A DNA stretch of 64,000 nucleotides from Candidatus Omnitrophota bacterium (GTDB taxonomy: Bacteria; Omnitrophota; Gorgyraeia; JABMRG01; JAFGKX01), in assembly GCA_043797125.1 (NCBI GenBank), contig JAZDPX010000012.1, positions 24,376 to 88,375 of the forward strand. Direction: 5' to 3'. Of this stretch, positions 29,499 to 38,296 are shown piece after piece. The position numbers were made by a program, and so were the translations under genes. Every line of letters begins with the position of its first letter. Position 1 is the first letter of the stretch. The notes beneath the pieces were generated by a model, which was not told the origin of the DNA, did no database searches, and was given only the letters and a program-made list of their open reading frames with translations.

Positions 29499-30506
29499 AT
29501 GAAAAAGGTAAAGGCAATATCCTTAATGTCAGGCGGGTTAGACAGCATATTGGCAACCAGGCTTATGCTTGAACAGGGCATAGAGATAGAAGCTGTAAAC
29601 TTTCTGACTGTGTTTTGCACTTGCACCAGCCGTGGGAAGACTTGCCTGGCAAGCAAATCCGCTGCAGATAACTTAGGCATTAAGCTTAAGGTGTTTGAAA
29701 TAAGCAAAGAGTATTTCCAGATAATAAAAAATCCCAAACATGGCTACGGCAGCAACATGAACCCCTGCCTTGACTGCCGCATATTAATATTCAAGAAGGC
29801 GGCGGAATATATGAGGCAGACAGGCGCGTCTTTTTTAATAACAGGTGAGGTTTTAGGCGAGAGGCCAATGTCTCAGAGGAGGGATGCCTTAAGAATTATA
29901 GAAAGAGACAGCGGCCTGGAAGGATTAATATTGCGTCCCCTTTCGGCAAAGCTGTTTGAGCCGACCATTGCCGAAAAAGAGGGCTTGGTAGACAGGGAAA
30001 AGCTGCTTTCTATTAAGGGCCGTTCCCGCAAGCCGCAGATTCAATTAGCTAAGGATTTCGGGATAAATGATTATCCGTGCCCTGCGGGCGGATGCCTGCT
30101 GACAGACCCCGGATTCGCGGCGCGGATAAGGGACCTGATAAAACATAAACCCGATTTTAATATAAATGATGTTAAGCTGCTTAAGGCAGGAAGGCATTTT
30201 CGTTTAACCAAAACAGCAAAACTCGTGGTAGGCAGAAACGAAAAAGAAAACGATATTCTGCTTGCCTTAGCCAACGATGATGATTTATGTTTTCATCCTG
30301 TAAATACAACAGGCCCGACCGCGATAGGAAGAGGCGAGTTTGACCGCGGCGTAATATCCCTGGCAGCGTCAATAGTCGCAAGATACAGTGATACAGTCAG
30401 CGGCGGGCAAATAGAAATCGCGCATAAAGATTATAGCGGTAAGGTTATTAGCAAGATTGCGCCGCCTTTGGCGCAAGAGGCGCTGCTGGATAGTCTAAGG
30501 ATATAA
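29499..30506 (+). CDS. PP-loop ATP pyrophosphatase superfamily protein (MnmA/ThiI-like tRNA sulfurtransferase paralog)
   Basis: SGGLDS PP-loop, NPCLDCR, ITGEVLGERPMSQ. Exact family not resolved by eye. Confidence 0.55.
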   Translation: MKKVKAISLMSGGLDSILATRLMLEQGIEIEAVNFLTVFCTCTSRGKTCLASKSAADNLGIKLKVFEISKEYFQIIKNPKHGYGSNMNPCLDCRILIFKKAAEYMRQTGASFLITGEVLGERPMSQRRDALRIIERDSGLEGLILRPLSAKLFEPTIAEKEGLVDREKLLSIKGRSRKPQIQLAKDFGINDYPCPAGGCLLTDPGFAARIRDLIKHKPDFNINDVKLLKAGRHFRLTKTAKLVVGRNEKENDILLALANDDDLCFHPVNTTGPTAIGRGEFDRGVISLAASIVARYSDTVSGGQIEIAHKDYSGKVISKIAPPLAQEALLDSLRI

Positions 30507-30593
30507 GGCCTGTTGCAATTTGCTCCCCCCGATGTCATTCCCGCGAAACTTGTCCCCGTGAAAACGGGGAGCGGGGATCCATAGTTCGGCTTT

Positions 30594-30820
30594 TGCAATG
30601 TTTGGTGCTAAATCCTTTTAGCTTTTGCGTGCCTGCCTTCGCTTGTCGCTCGCAAAAAGGATCGTTTCGCCTTCGGCGAAAGGCGCTTTTTGCTCGCTGT
30701 GGCAAAAATCGCTCACTTCTCGCTTAGGTTTTCGCGATTTTTGACAGTCGCTCCGGCAGGACACGCAAAAGCTTTTTTAATGTACCTCGCATTGCAGAAA
30801 CCTCACTTAGATGAATTAGG
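30594..30820. mobile_element. MITE-like highly structured repeat element, copy 1
   Basis: Terminal inverted repeats GGCTTTTGCAATG...CATTGCAGAAACC. Internal nested palindromes. A second copy sits at 36438-36621 with near-identical termini and both end in ATTAGG. No ORF. Confidence 0.5.
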
Positions 30821-30902
30821 GTCAGGGCTCAATAATCAACAAAAATTGTAAAATGTTGAAAATTGAGATCAGGCCCTATATTTCACAGAAAAGAGGCAAG
30901 AT

Positions 30903-31076
30903 ATGGCAATTGTAAGATCTATTGTGTGCTTTGACAAGAATTTTCAGCTAGTCGTAAGCGTATTGATAGCAGTGCTTGCTTTCATTTATAGCTTGACAAA
31001 TGTCTTTACTTATGATATTCTTTATATAAGTCTATATAAAATAACAAAAGGAAGACCGCTTTTATATTATTACTAA
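30903..31076 (+). CDS. possible 57-aa single-TM micro-protein in an AT-rich segment
   Basis: ATG preceded by AGAGG. Hydrophobic core LVVSVLIAVLAFIYSL. No other support. Confidence 0.2.
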   Translation: MAIVRSIVCFDKNFQLVVSVLIAVLAFIYSLTNVFTYDILYISLYKITKGRPLLYYY

Positions 31077-31135
31077 TTTATGATTTTAGTATTAACGGGG
31101 CAAAGACAAAAAAGATATTTTTAAATTACAAAGCC

Positions 31136-32092
31136 ATGAAGCAAGTTTTGATGATTATTGCAATAATCTGTTTTTGTTGGTCGCAAACGATTTGGGCAAT
31201 TGAAGTCGACGGTTATAGTTTAAGACCCATTGCAACCTCTCTTGCGCCAAACGAAACCATCCCCCAACCAGGAGCTGAATCTTCTTTGTCCCATCTTGAA
31301 CATTTAATCCCTTATTTAACCAGCGAAAAAGCGGATACGCGCACAGAAGCAACAGCCATAGTGAGAGCTGCCGTTGCTAAGATCAAAAACGTTAAAGCTA
31401 TTGCTTTTGACTTTGCTGGAGTAGTATCTCTGGATGGGATATCTGTCACTCTGCGAACATTAAAAGACCGGCTTGGTATCGATTATGATAAATTAGAGGA
31501 TGTATTTTTTGGGTCAGAATATTTTGAATGGACCGCGGGAAAATTGACGAAAGACGAATTTTGGCAAAAGATTCGCGACAGACTTAGGAATGAACAGCAC
31601 GTTGACTTATTCGGGTTCATGCCAAAAGACGAGATTGAAAAACTTTGGTTTGGGGCATATGTGATAATGCCGGGGATGGTGGAATTGATAAGAAACTTAA
31701 AAGATCGCGGATATAAAGTTATACTATTTACCAACAATGCCAAAGAAAAATTTGGTTACGCAATGGAAAAATATAGGCTTGATGACCTATTTGATTGTAT
31801 TTTAAATACCGCGGATATTAACTGTACCAAAAAGGACAAAGAAAGCTATGAAAAACTTGTAGAGAAATCGGGGGTTCAGCCTGAAGAAATATTATTTGTA
31901 GATGATAAAAAAGTTTTTTTTGAACACCCTAACAATATGGGTATATTGACACTCGAATATTCTTGTATGATCAGTTGCGTGCCCCTTAAAGATAATTCTG
32001 TGATTGCAGAACTCTTAAACGGAAAAATAAGCGGGTTAATATCTCAAGGAGATTACAGAAGAATCGCTGAATCTATAGGCGCTGCTGCCTGA
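31136..32092 (+). CDS. secreted HAD-superfamily hydrolase-like protein
   Basis: Signal peptide. HAD motif I-like IAFDFAGVV (second Asp replaced by Ala), Lys motif KVILFTNN, motif IV FVDDKK. Confidence 0.5.
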   Translation: MKQVLMIIAIICFCWSQTIWAIEVDGYSLRPIATSLAPNETIPQPGAESSLSHLEHLIPYLTSEKADTRTEATAIVRAAVAKIKNVKAIAFDFAGVVSLDGISVTLRTLKDRLGIDYDKLEDVFFGSEYFEWTAGKLTKDEFWQKIRDRLRNEQHVDLFGFMPKDEIEKLWFGAYVIMPGMVELIRNLKDRGYKVILFTNNAKEKFGYAMEKYRLDDLFDCILNTADINCTKKDKESYEKLVEKSGVQPEEILFVDDKKVFFEHPNNMGILTLEYSCMISCVPLKDNSVIAELLNGKISGLISQGDYRRIAESIGAAA

Positions 32093-32185
32093 CCCTTACG
32101 AGTACGTACCGTTTACCGACTCAATTGGTAACCTGTTCTTACCTTAAGCTTATAACTGTCCCCCGGATTCCCGCTTGCGCGGGAA

Positions 32186-32217
32186 TGACAAACCTTAAAA
32201 GGTTTGTCATTTTTTTA
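32186..32217 (+). terminator. rho-independent terminator
   Basis: TGACAAACC-ttaaaa-GGTTTGTCA hairpin followed by TTTTTTT. Preceded by a second hairpin ATTCCCGC-ttgc-GCGGGAAT. Confidence 0.6.
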
Positions 32218-32248
32218 TGGAAATCGTCAACCCAACCTGCTACAATAG

Positions 32249-33184
32249 TTGACAATTATGGAAACCGCCTCAAAAACCACAAAAAACCAGCTCCTTGAGC
32301 TGGAGCTTTCCGAGCTTTTACTTAGAGCCAATAGGATAAGGCAGCAATTTATAGCTGACAGAGTAGAGCTTTGCAGTATTACGAACGCCAAAAGCGGCTT
32401 ATGCAACGAGGACTGTAAATTCTGCGCCCAGGTATCACGCTACAAAGCCGCAAAACAGACGTATCCCCTTAAAAGCGTAAAAGAGATAGTAGCGGCCGCA
32501 AAAACTGCCAAATGCGCAGGCGCAGGAAGGTTCGGTATTGTAACAAGCGGCAACCGCCTGAACGCAAAAGAGCTGGGCGATATAGCGGCTGCAATATCAA
32601 AAATTAAAAATGAAGTTAATATTATTGTTTGCGCATCCTTAGGTGCCCTTAATGAAAATGAGCTGAAAAAATTAAAAGACGCAGGGCTTTCGCGTTATCA
32701 TCACAATATCGAGACATCCGAAAGGTTCTACCCGAACATCGTCTCTACGCATAGTTTTAAAGAGCGCATAGATACAATAAGGGCCGCCAAGCAAGCAGGC
32801 TTAGAGGTTTGCAGCGGCGGCATAATCGGCATGGGTGAGAGCTGGCAGGATAGAATTGATATGGCGCGCACTTTAAAAAAATTAAATGTGGATTCTGTGC
32901 CCTTAAACCTGCTTGTGCCTATAAAAGGGACGCCTTTGGAATTTATTGAGCCTATTTCCTGCAAAGATGCAATCAGGGCAATAGCTATTTTTAGAATCAT
33001 ATTAAAGGACAAGACCTTAAAGATAGCCGCAGGAAGAGAAAGCGTTTTAAAGGATTTTCAGACCTTAGGATTTTTAGCAGGCGCTAATGGAATGATTATA
33101 GGTGGTTATCTTACTGTTAAAGGCAATCCCCTGCAGGATGATTACAAACTTATAGAACAAGTAAAATCTTTATGGAGCAAATAA
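32249..33184 (+). CDS. bioB: biotin synthase
   Basis: Radical-SAM CNEDCKFC (CxxxCxxC). BioB length and motifs. Confidence 0.9.
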   Translation: MTIMETASKTTKNQLLELELSELLLRANRIRQQFIADRVELCSITNAKSGLCNEDCKFCAQVSRYKAAKQTYPLKSVKEIVAAAKTAKCAGAGRFGIVTSGNRLNAKELGDIAAAISKIKNEVNIIVCASLGALNENELKKLKDAGLSRYHHNIETSERFYPNIVSTHSFKERIDTIRAAKQAGLEVCSGGIIGMGESWQDRIDMARTLKKLNVDSVPLNLLVPIKGTPLEFIEPISCKDAIRAIAIFRIILKDKTLKIAAGRESVLKDFQTLGFLAGANGMIIGGYLTVKGNPLQDDYKLIEQVKSLWSK

Positions 33185-34326
33185 ACCAGTTTTTAAAAGA
33201 GGCAGAAGAAAACGGCCTTTTAAGAATCCTGCACCCGGCAGATTACAGAAGAAACGGCGTGATTTGCATTGAAGGCAGAGAATATGCTGATTTTTCATCC
33301 AATGATTATCTTGGCTTATCGCATCATGCTTATATAAAAAGCGCCTCATGCAATATTATAGAAAAACTCGGCGCCTCATCAAGCGCATCCAGATTATTAA
33401 GCGGAAGCTTAACGCTTCACAGCGAACTTGAAGACAGAACCGCCTCTTTTAAAGGCAAGGAAGCAGCTCTTATTTTTAATAGCGGCTATCAGGCAAACAT
33501 AGGGATAATAAGTTCGTTGTGCTCAAGGGGCGATGTTGTCTTCACCGACAAGCTAAGCCACGCGAGCATAATCGATGGGGTATTGTTATCCGGGGCGAAA
33601 CTTTTTAGGTTTCTGCATAATGACGCAGGGAGTCTTGAATCTTTATTAAAAACGCACAGGCAAAAATTTAAAAACGCCCTGATAATAACAGAAACAGTTT
33701 TCAGCATGGATGGGGACATAGCGCCTTTGAAAGACTTAGTAAGCATAAAAGAAGAATACAACTGCCAAATCATGATTGATGAAGCTCATGCAACAGGCGT
33801 ATTCGGCGATAGTGGCTCAGGGATTGCGGAAAAGGAGAATTTAACAGATTCCATAGATTTGATTATGGGGACATTCAGCAAGGCCCTCGGAAGCTTCGGT
33901 GCCTATTTGGCTTGCTCAAAAAATATAAAAGATTATTTAATAAATACATCAAGAAGCTTTATATATTCCACCGCATTGCCACCCTCGGTTATAGCGGCAA
34001 ATTTGGCCAGCCTTGAGTTAATTAAAAAGGAGCCGTTTAGAAGGCGGGAACTTTTGCAGAAAGCGTCATATTTTAGAAATGAATTATCAAGCCTCAGGCT
34101 TACAGTAAAAGGCTCTTCGCAAATAATACCTTTAATTGTTAAGGACAGCCGTAAGGCAGTAAAAATCAGCAGCCTCCTTAAAGAGAAAGGCTTCTGGGCG
34201 CCTGCCATAAGGCCGCCTACGGTCCCTGCCAATGAAGCGCGAATAAGGTTTTCCTTAAGTTATTGCCACACAAAAGATGTATTGGATAGGCTTATCAATG
34301 ATATCTATGAAATCAACGAATTTTAA
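33172..34326 (+). CDS. bioF: 8-amino-7-oxononanoate synthase
   Basis: Class II aminotransferase fold. PLP lysine in TFSKALGSFG. FSSNDYLGLS. Confidence 0.85.
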   Translation: MEQINQFLKEAEENGLLRILHPADYRRNGVICIEGREYADFSSNDYLGLSHHAYIKSASCNIIEKLGASSSASRLLSGSLTLHSELEDRTASFKGKEAALIFNSGYQANIGIISSLCSRGDVVFTDKLSHASIIDGVLLSGAKLFRFLHNDAGSLESLLKTHRQKFKNALIITETVFSMDGDIAPLKDLVSIKEEYNCQIMIDEAHATGVFGDSGSGIAEKENLTDSIDLIMGTFSKALGSFGAYLACSKNIKDYLINTSRSFIYSTALPPSVIAANLASLELIKKEPFRRRELLQKASYFRNELSSLRLTVKGSSQIIPLIVKDSRKAVKISSLLKEKGFWAPAIRPPTVPANEARIRFSLSYCHTKDVLDRLINDIYEINEF

Positions 34327-34354
34327 ATACATAAACAGGAATAAAGAGAGCACA

Positions 34355-35848
34355 ATGGTTTTTGTGCCCGGCTGGGCAACTGATTACAGGATTTTTGATT
34401 CGCTAAAGCAGGATTGCAACTGCCTGATCCCTGAGAGTTTTCACCCGTTCGATTTTAAAGAGCGTCTTTTGAATGCGTTAAAAAAAAATAGCATAGAAAG
34501 GCTCTCGCTTTTTGGATTTTCGCTCGGTGGTTTTGTCGCAGCGGAATTTGCTTTTGAATTTCCAAAGCTGGTAGATGAGCTTGTGTTGGTAGGCATAAGA
34601 AAAAGATACGACCCCTTGGCGATAGAGACGATAAAACAAAAGCTTCTAAAAAACAAAAACGCCTTTTTGTACACATTTTACAGTCAGTGTTTTTATAATA
34701 AAGACGCCTTTTCCTTTTTTAAGAAGAATTTGCTCAAAATTTATTGCGATTGTATGGAGCTGGATTACCTGCTTGAAACTTTGGAGTATCTAAAAAATTC
34801 TAGAATAACATCCCAGATGCTGAAAGCAATAAAGAGCGTAAAAATCATGCACGGAGAATTTGACGCAATAGCCCCGATAGAAGAGGCCAGGGATATAGCA
34901 CGCAGCTTAAACAATGCAGAGTTCGCATGCCTACAAAACGAAGGCCACATCCCCTACAGCTGGAGACGCTTACCAAATTGTTCGGGAAAGTGTCCCAAAA
35001 TTGTTCGGGAAAGTGTTCCCGTCTTGTTCGGGAAACAGTTTCCTGAACAGATCAGAAAGCGTTTCCCGAGCAAGTTGGAAAACGTCTCGATGAACAAAGA
35101 AGCTATAAGAAGGAATTTTTCGAAATACGCAGGATATTATGATCAATACTGCAATATACAGAATGCCTGCGCGCAAGAACTCATAGGAAAATTAAACGGC
35201 GCTCATTTCAATAATATTCTTGATATCGGCTGCGGAACAGGAAACTACACTAAATTTTTAAGGGAAAAATTTCCAAAGGCCGCAATAAAGGCGATAGACA
35301 TCTCGGAAAACATGATAGAAATAGCGAAGCTTAAATTATCGGGCGATAATATAGAATTTATCGTTGCCGATGCGGAGACAATAGACCTTGACGCTGGGTT
35401 TGACCTTTTAAGCTCAAACGCTTCCTTGCAATGGTTTGAAAACCTAGAAAGCGCTCTTATAAAATATAAGGAATTACTGGCAGCAGGAGGCGTCGCGCTG
35501 TTTTCTGTATTCGGGCCCAACACTTTTCATGAGCTGGATGAGTCCCTGAAGCAGGTATTCGGCAAAAGTAAAAGCATAAGTTCCTATAATTTTCTGGAAA
35601 AAAGAAAAATAGAGGCTGTCTTAAGCGGACTTTTTAATGAAATCCAGATAGAGCAAAAGATATACACCGAAAAACACGCCTCTTTGACAGACCTGCTTAA
35701 AAAAATAAAATATACAGGCACAAGAGGCAATGGCGCTCGTACGCTTTGGAGCATTGGCACATTAAGCAGGCTTGAAGACGTATATAAAAAGAAATTCAAC
35801 GATATAACAGCAACATACGAGGTGTTTTTTTGCAAAGCGGTAAAATGA
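34355..35848 (+). CDS. fusion of pimeloyl-ACP methyl ester esterase (BioG/BioH-type alpha/beta hydrolase) and malonyl-ACP O-methyltransferase BioC
   Basis: N-terminal ~215 aa carry the GFSLGG nucleophile elbow and His near the end. C-terminal half carries SAM motif ILDIGCGTGNYT and BioC-like sequence. Start set at ATG 34355 (RBS AAAGAGAG). Confidence 0.75.
   Translation: MVFVPGWATDYRIFDSLKQDCNCLIPESFHPFDFKERLLNALKKNSIERLSLFGFSLGGFVAAEFAFEFPKLVDELVLVGIRKRYDPLAIETIKQKLLKNKNAFLYTFYSQCFYNKDAFSFFKKNLLKIYCDCMELDYLLETLEYLKNSRITSQMLKAIKSVKIMHGEFDAIAPIEEARDIARSLNNAEFACLQNEGHIPYSWRRLPNCSGKCPKIVRESVPVLFGKQFPEQIRKRFPSKLENVSMNKEAIRRNFSKYAGYYDQYCNIQNACAQELIGKLNGAHFNNILDIGCGTGNYTKFLREKFPKAAIKAIDISENMIEIAKLKLSGDNIEFIVADAETIDLDAGFDLLSSNASLQWFENLESALIKYKELLAAGGVALFSVFGPNTFHELDESLKQVFGKSKSISSYNFLEKRKIEAVLSGLFNEIQIEQKIYTEKHASLTDLLKKIKYTGTRGNGARTLWSIGTLSRLEDVYKKKFNDITATYEVFFCKAVK
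34967..35090. repeat. intragenic array of a ~23-nt repeat (TTGTTCGGGAAAGTGTCCC; three direct copies plus one inverted) in the esterase-BioC linker
   Basis: ccaaattgttcgggaaagtgtccc / aaaattgttcgggaaagtgttccc / gtcttgttcgggaaacagtttcc / tttcccgagcaagttggaaaacgtctc. Each copy is read in a different codon phase. Confidence 0.6.
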
Positions 35849-36465
35849 AAGCTATTTTTGTTACAGGCACCGGAACAGGCGTAGGAAAGACCACTGTCTG
35901 CAGACTGCTGGAAAGATTCCTTAAGACAAATGGATACAGGACGATAACGCAGAAGTGGATCTGCACAGGCAGTAAAACCCTTCCCATAAATAAAGATAAG
36001 CAGCCTTACACATTTAAATTTCCTGCCTCGCCTCATCTTGCGGCGCGGCTCGAACGAAAATGTGTAAGTAAAAAAATAATAAAACAAAGTTTCAGGAATT
36101 TGCAGAGGCAGTTTGATTTTGTAATAGTAGAAGGCATAGGTGGGGCGCTTGTGCCTTTTAATAATAAGCAACTGGTGATAGATATTGCCAAAGAACTGAA
36201 GCTGCCAGTTTTGGTAGTAATAGATAATAAACTCGGCGCCATTAACCATGCCCTATTAACTATCGAGGCCTTGCGGCGAAGAAAGATGAACATAATAGGC
36301 CTCATCTTCAATAACCGCCGCAAGAGTCAGAACAAAATAATCTTGAATGATAATGTTGATATAATAAAAAGGCTGACAGGGAAGCGGGTGCTGGGAGTAC
36401 TGCCATTCATTCAACGGCGGGCCCTATCTCACCGTTGGTTCGGTTTTTGCAATGCTTGGTGCTGA
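35830..36465 (+). CDS. bioD: dethiobiotin synthetase
   Basis: P-loop FVTGTGTGVGKTTV. Length about 210 aa. The last ~10 codons and the stop lie inside the MITE-like element. Confidence 0.85.
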   Translation: MQSGKMKAIFVTGTGTGVGKTTVCRLLERFLKTNGYRTITQKWICTGSKTLPINKDKQPYTFKFPASPHLAARLERKCVSKKIIKQSFRNLQRQFDFVIVEGIGGALVPFNNKQLVIDIAKELKLPVLVVIDNKLGAINHALLTIEALRRRKMNIIGLIFNNRRKSQNKIILNDNVDIIKRLTGKRVLGVLPFIQRRALSHRWFGFCNAWC

Positions 36466-36621
36466 AATTTTTCGCCGTCCTTTTGGACTTACGGCTTGGT
36501 CGCTTACCCTATAATAAAGAATCTTAGCCGCTTCCGCGCCGTAAGTCCTAAAAGGACATTTGGCGAAAAATTTCTAATGCACCTTCGCATTGCAAAAACC
36601 TCACCAATGGTAAATATTAGG
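36438..36621. mobile_element. MITE-like structured repeat element, copy 2 (overlaps bioD 3' end)
   Basis: Termini GGTTTTTGCAATG...CATTGCAAAAACC. Internal 28-bp stem TTTTTCGCCGTCCTTTTGGACTTACGGC/GCCGTAAGTCCTAAAAGGACATTTGGCGAAAAA. Confidence 0.5.
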
Positions 36622-36945
36622 CCGAGGGGTGTTACTTTAGAATTCGCAACTGATTAAAGGCTTAAGGCGTTGCCGAAAAAACAATAGCGGAGGATTTGGT
36701 ATACTTGCTTAGGAGTAGGCAAAACTTAGGAGTGCCTGCCTACCGTCAGGCAGGCAGGCTGGGGACACCGAAACTGAACCCTTGTATAGTAGGGCCGGCT
36801 TAAGCCTGCCCTACTATCAGTAGGTGAATTTCGGAGGGGCCCCAGCCGAACGACTATAGTTTTGCCCAAATCCGAAGCGTGTTTTTGAGGCAATGCCTTA
36901 AGCCTATTAATGTAGCTCAAATTGCAAAAGCCTCAACTTAGGTGA
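36590..36945. repeat. left arm of long inverted repeat flanking bioA
   Basis: Reverse complement matches 38297-38607 at roughly 85-90% identity by eye, e.g. cctcaaaaacacgcttcggatttgggcaaaactatagtcgttcgg and ctgcctgcctgacggtaggcaggcact. Confidence 0.7.
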
Positions 36946-36949
36946 TAAT

Positions 36950-38296
36950 ATGAATACGTGGATAGAGAAGGATCTCAAGTACGTTTGGCATCCGTATACC
37001 CAAATGAAGGATTGCAAGAAACTCCCGCCTATTCTGATCGAGCGGGCAAAGGGTATTAAGCTCTACGATAACAAAGGTAATTTTTACTACGATACCATCT
37101 CAAGCTGGTGGTGCAATGTCCACGGGCATAACCATCCCAAAGTAAAAGCGGCGATTAAAAGGCAGCTGGATTTATTTGAGCACGTGATGTTTGCCGGCTT
37201 TACGCATAAGCCCGCCATTATGCTGGCAGAAGAACTTATCCGCATTTCTCCCGAATCCCTGACAAAGGTGTTTTTTTCAGATAACGGCTCAACAGCTGTT
37301 GAGACAGCGCTTAAAATGTCTTTTCAATATTGGCATAACACAGGCAAAAGCAAAAAGACAAAATTTCTTTCCTTAGATTACGGGTATCACGGCGACACAA
37401 TAGCGACGATGAGCGTAAGCAGCGTTGATTTGTTCAATATAAAATATAAAGCGCTTATGTTTAACTCGTACAAGGCGAGTTCGCCTTACTGCTATCGCTG
37501 CCCCGTAGGAAAAAATCGCAATAATTGCAGTATAGAGTGCATAGGTTCGCTGGAAACCGCGCTTAAAAATCATAACAGCGAAATAGCCGCTGTTATATTA
37601 GAGCCACTGGTTATGGCTGCAGGCGGAATGATTATATATCCTAAAGAATATCTGGAAAAGGCAGGCGCACTTGCTGAAAAATACAATGTCCACCTGATAT
37701 TAGACGAAGTTGCAACAGGCTTTGGCAGGACAGGAAAGATGTTTGCCTGCGATTATACGGATATACAACCTGACTTTATGTGCCTGTCTAAAGGCATAAC
37801 AGCGGGTTTTCTTGCGATGGGCGCAACGTTGACTACGGATAAGATTTACAATGCCTTTTATGCGGATTATCAGAAGAAAAAGACATTTTATCACGGCCAT
37901 ACCTATACCGCTAACCCTTTATGCTGCGCAGCAGCATTAGCGAGCCTTGGTGTGTTCCGCAAAGAGTGCACTTTAGACAAAATAGACAAACTTATTCCAG
38001 TTTTTCATAAAAAGCTGGAAGGTTTTAAGAATCTTCCAGCTGTCGGAGACATCCGCTACATAGGCATGATAGGCGCTCTGGAATTAGTTAAGGATAAAAA
38101 TACCAAAGAGGCATTTGGCTTTAAAGAAAGAATAGGCCAAAAGATTTATGCCGAAGGCTTAAAAAGTGGCATTTTGTTAAGGCCGCTTGGAAATATAATT
38201 TATTTCTTCTTGCCTTTATGTATTGCAGAGCGCGAGATTAAACTCATTTTAGAAAAGTCCTATAATATACTTTCCAGAATCAGCAAATCTATTTAA
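36950..38296 (+). CDS. bioA: adenosylmethionine-8-amino-7-oxononanoate aminotransferase
   Basis: Class III aminotransferase. N-terminal YVWHPYTQM. PLP-lysine region typical of BioA. Confidence 0.9.
   Translation: MNTWIEKDLKYVWHPYTQMKDCKKLPPILIERAKGIKLYDNKGNFYYDTISSWWCNVHGHNHPKVKAAIKRQLDLFEHVMFAGFTHKPAIMLAEELIRISPESLTKVFFSDNGSTAVETALKMSFQYWHNTGKSKKTKFLSLDYGYHGDTIATMSVSSVDLFNIKYKALMFNSYKASSPYCYRCPVGKNRNNCSIECIGSLETALKNHNSEIAAVILEPLVMAAGGMIIYPKEYLEKAGALAEKYNVHLILDEVATGFGRTGKMFACDYTDIQPDFMCLSKGITAGFLAMGATLTTDKIYNAFYADYQKKKTFYHGHTYTANPLCCAAALASLGVFRKECTLDKIDKLIPVFHKKLEGFKNLPAVGDIRYIGMIGALELVKDKNTKEAFGFKERIGQKIYAEGLKSGILLRPLGNIIYFFLPLCIAEREIKLILEKSYNILSRISKSI

Noticed and set aside
34967-35090. 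Possible CRISPR array, considered because of regularly spaced short repeats.
   Set aside because: Units are about 23 nt with essentially no spacers. They are imperfect, one is inverted, and they lie in-frame inside a conserved enzyme gene. No cas genes are present. Classified as a dispersed intragenic repeat instead.
35584-36249. 221-aa minus-strand ORF antisense to bioC/bioD.
   Set aside because: It is fully overlapped by two well-supported biotin genes on the plus strand. Its low-complexity translation has no motifs.
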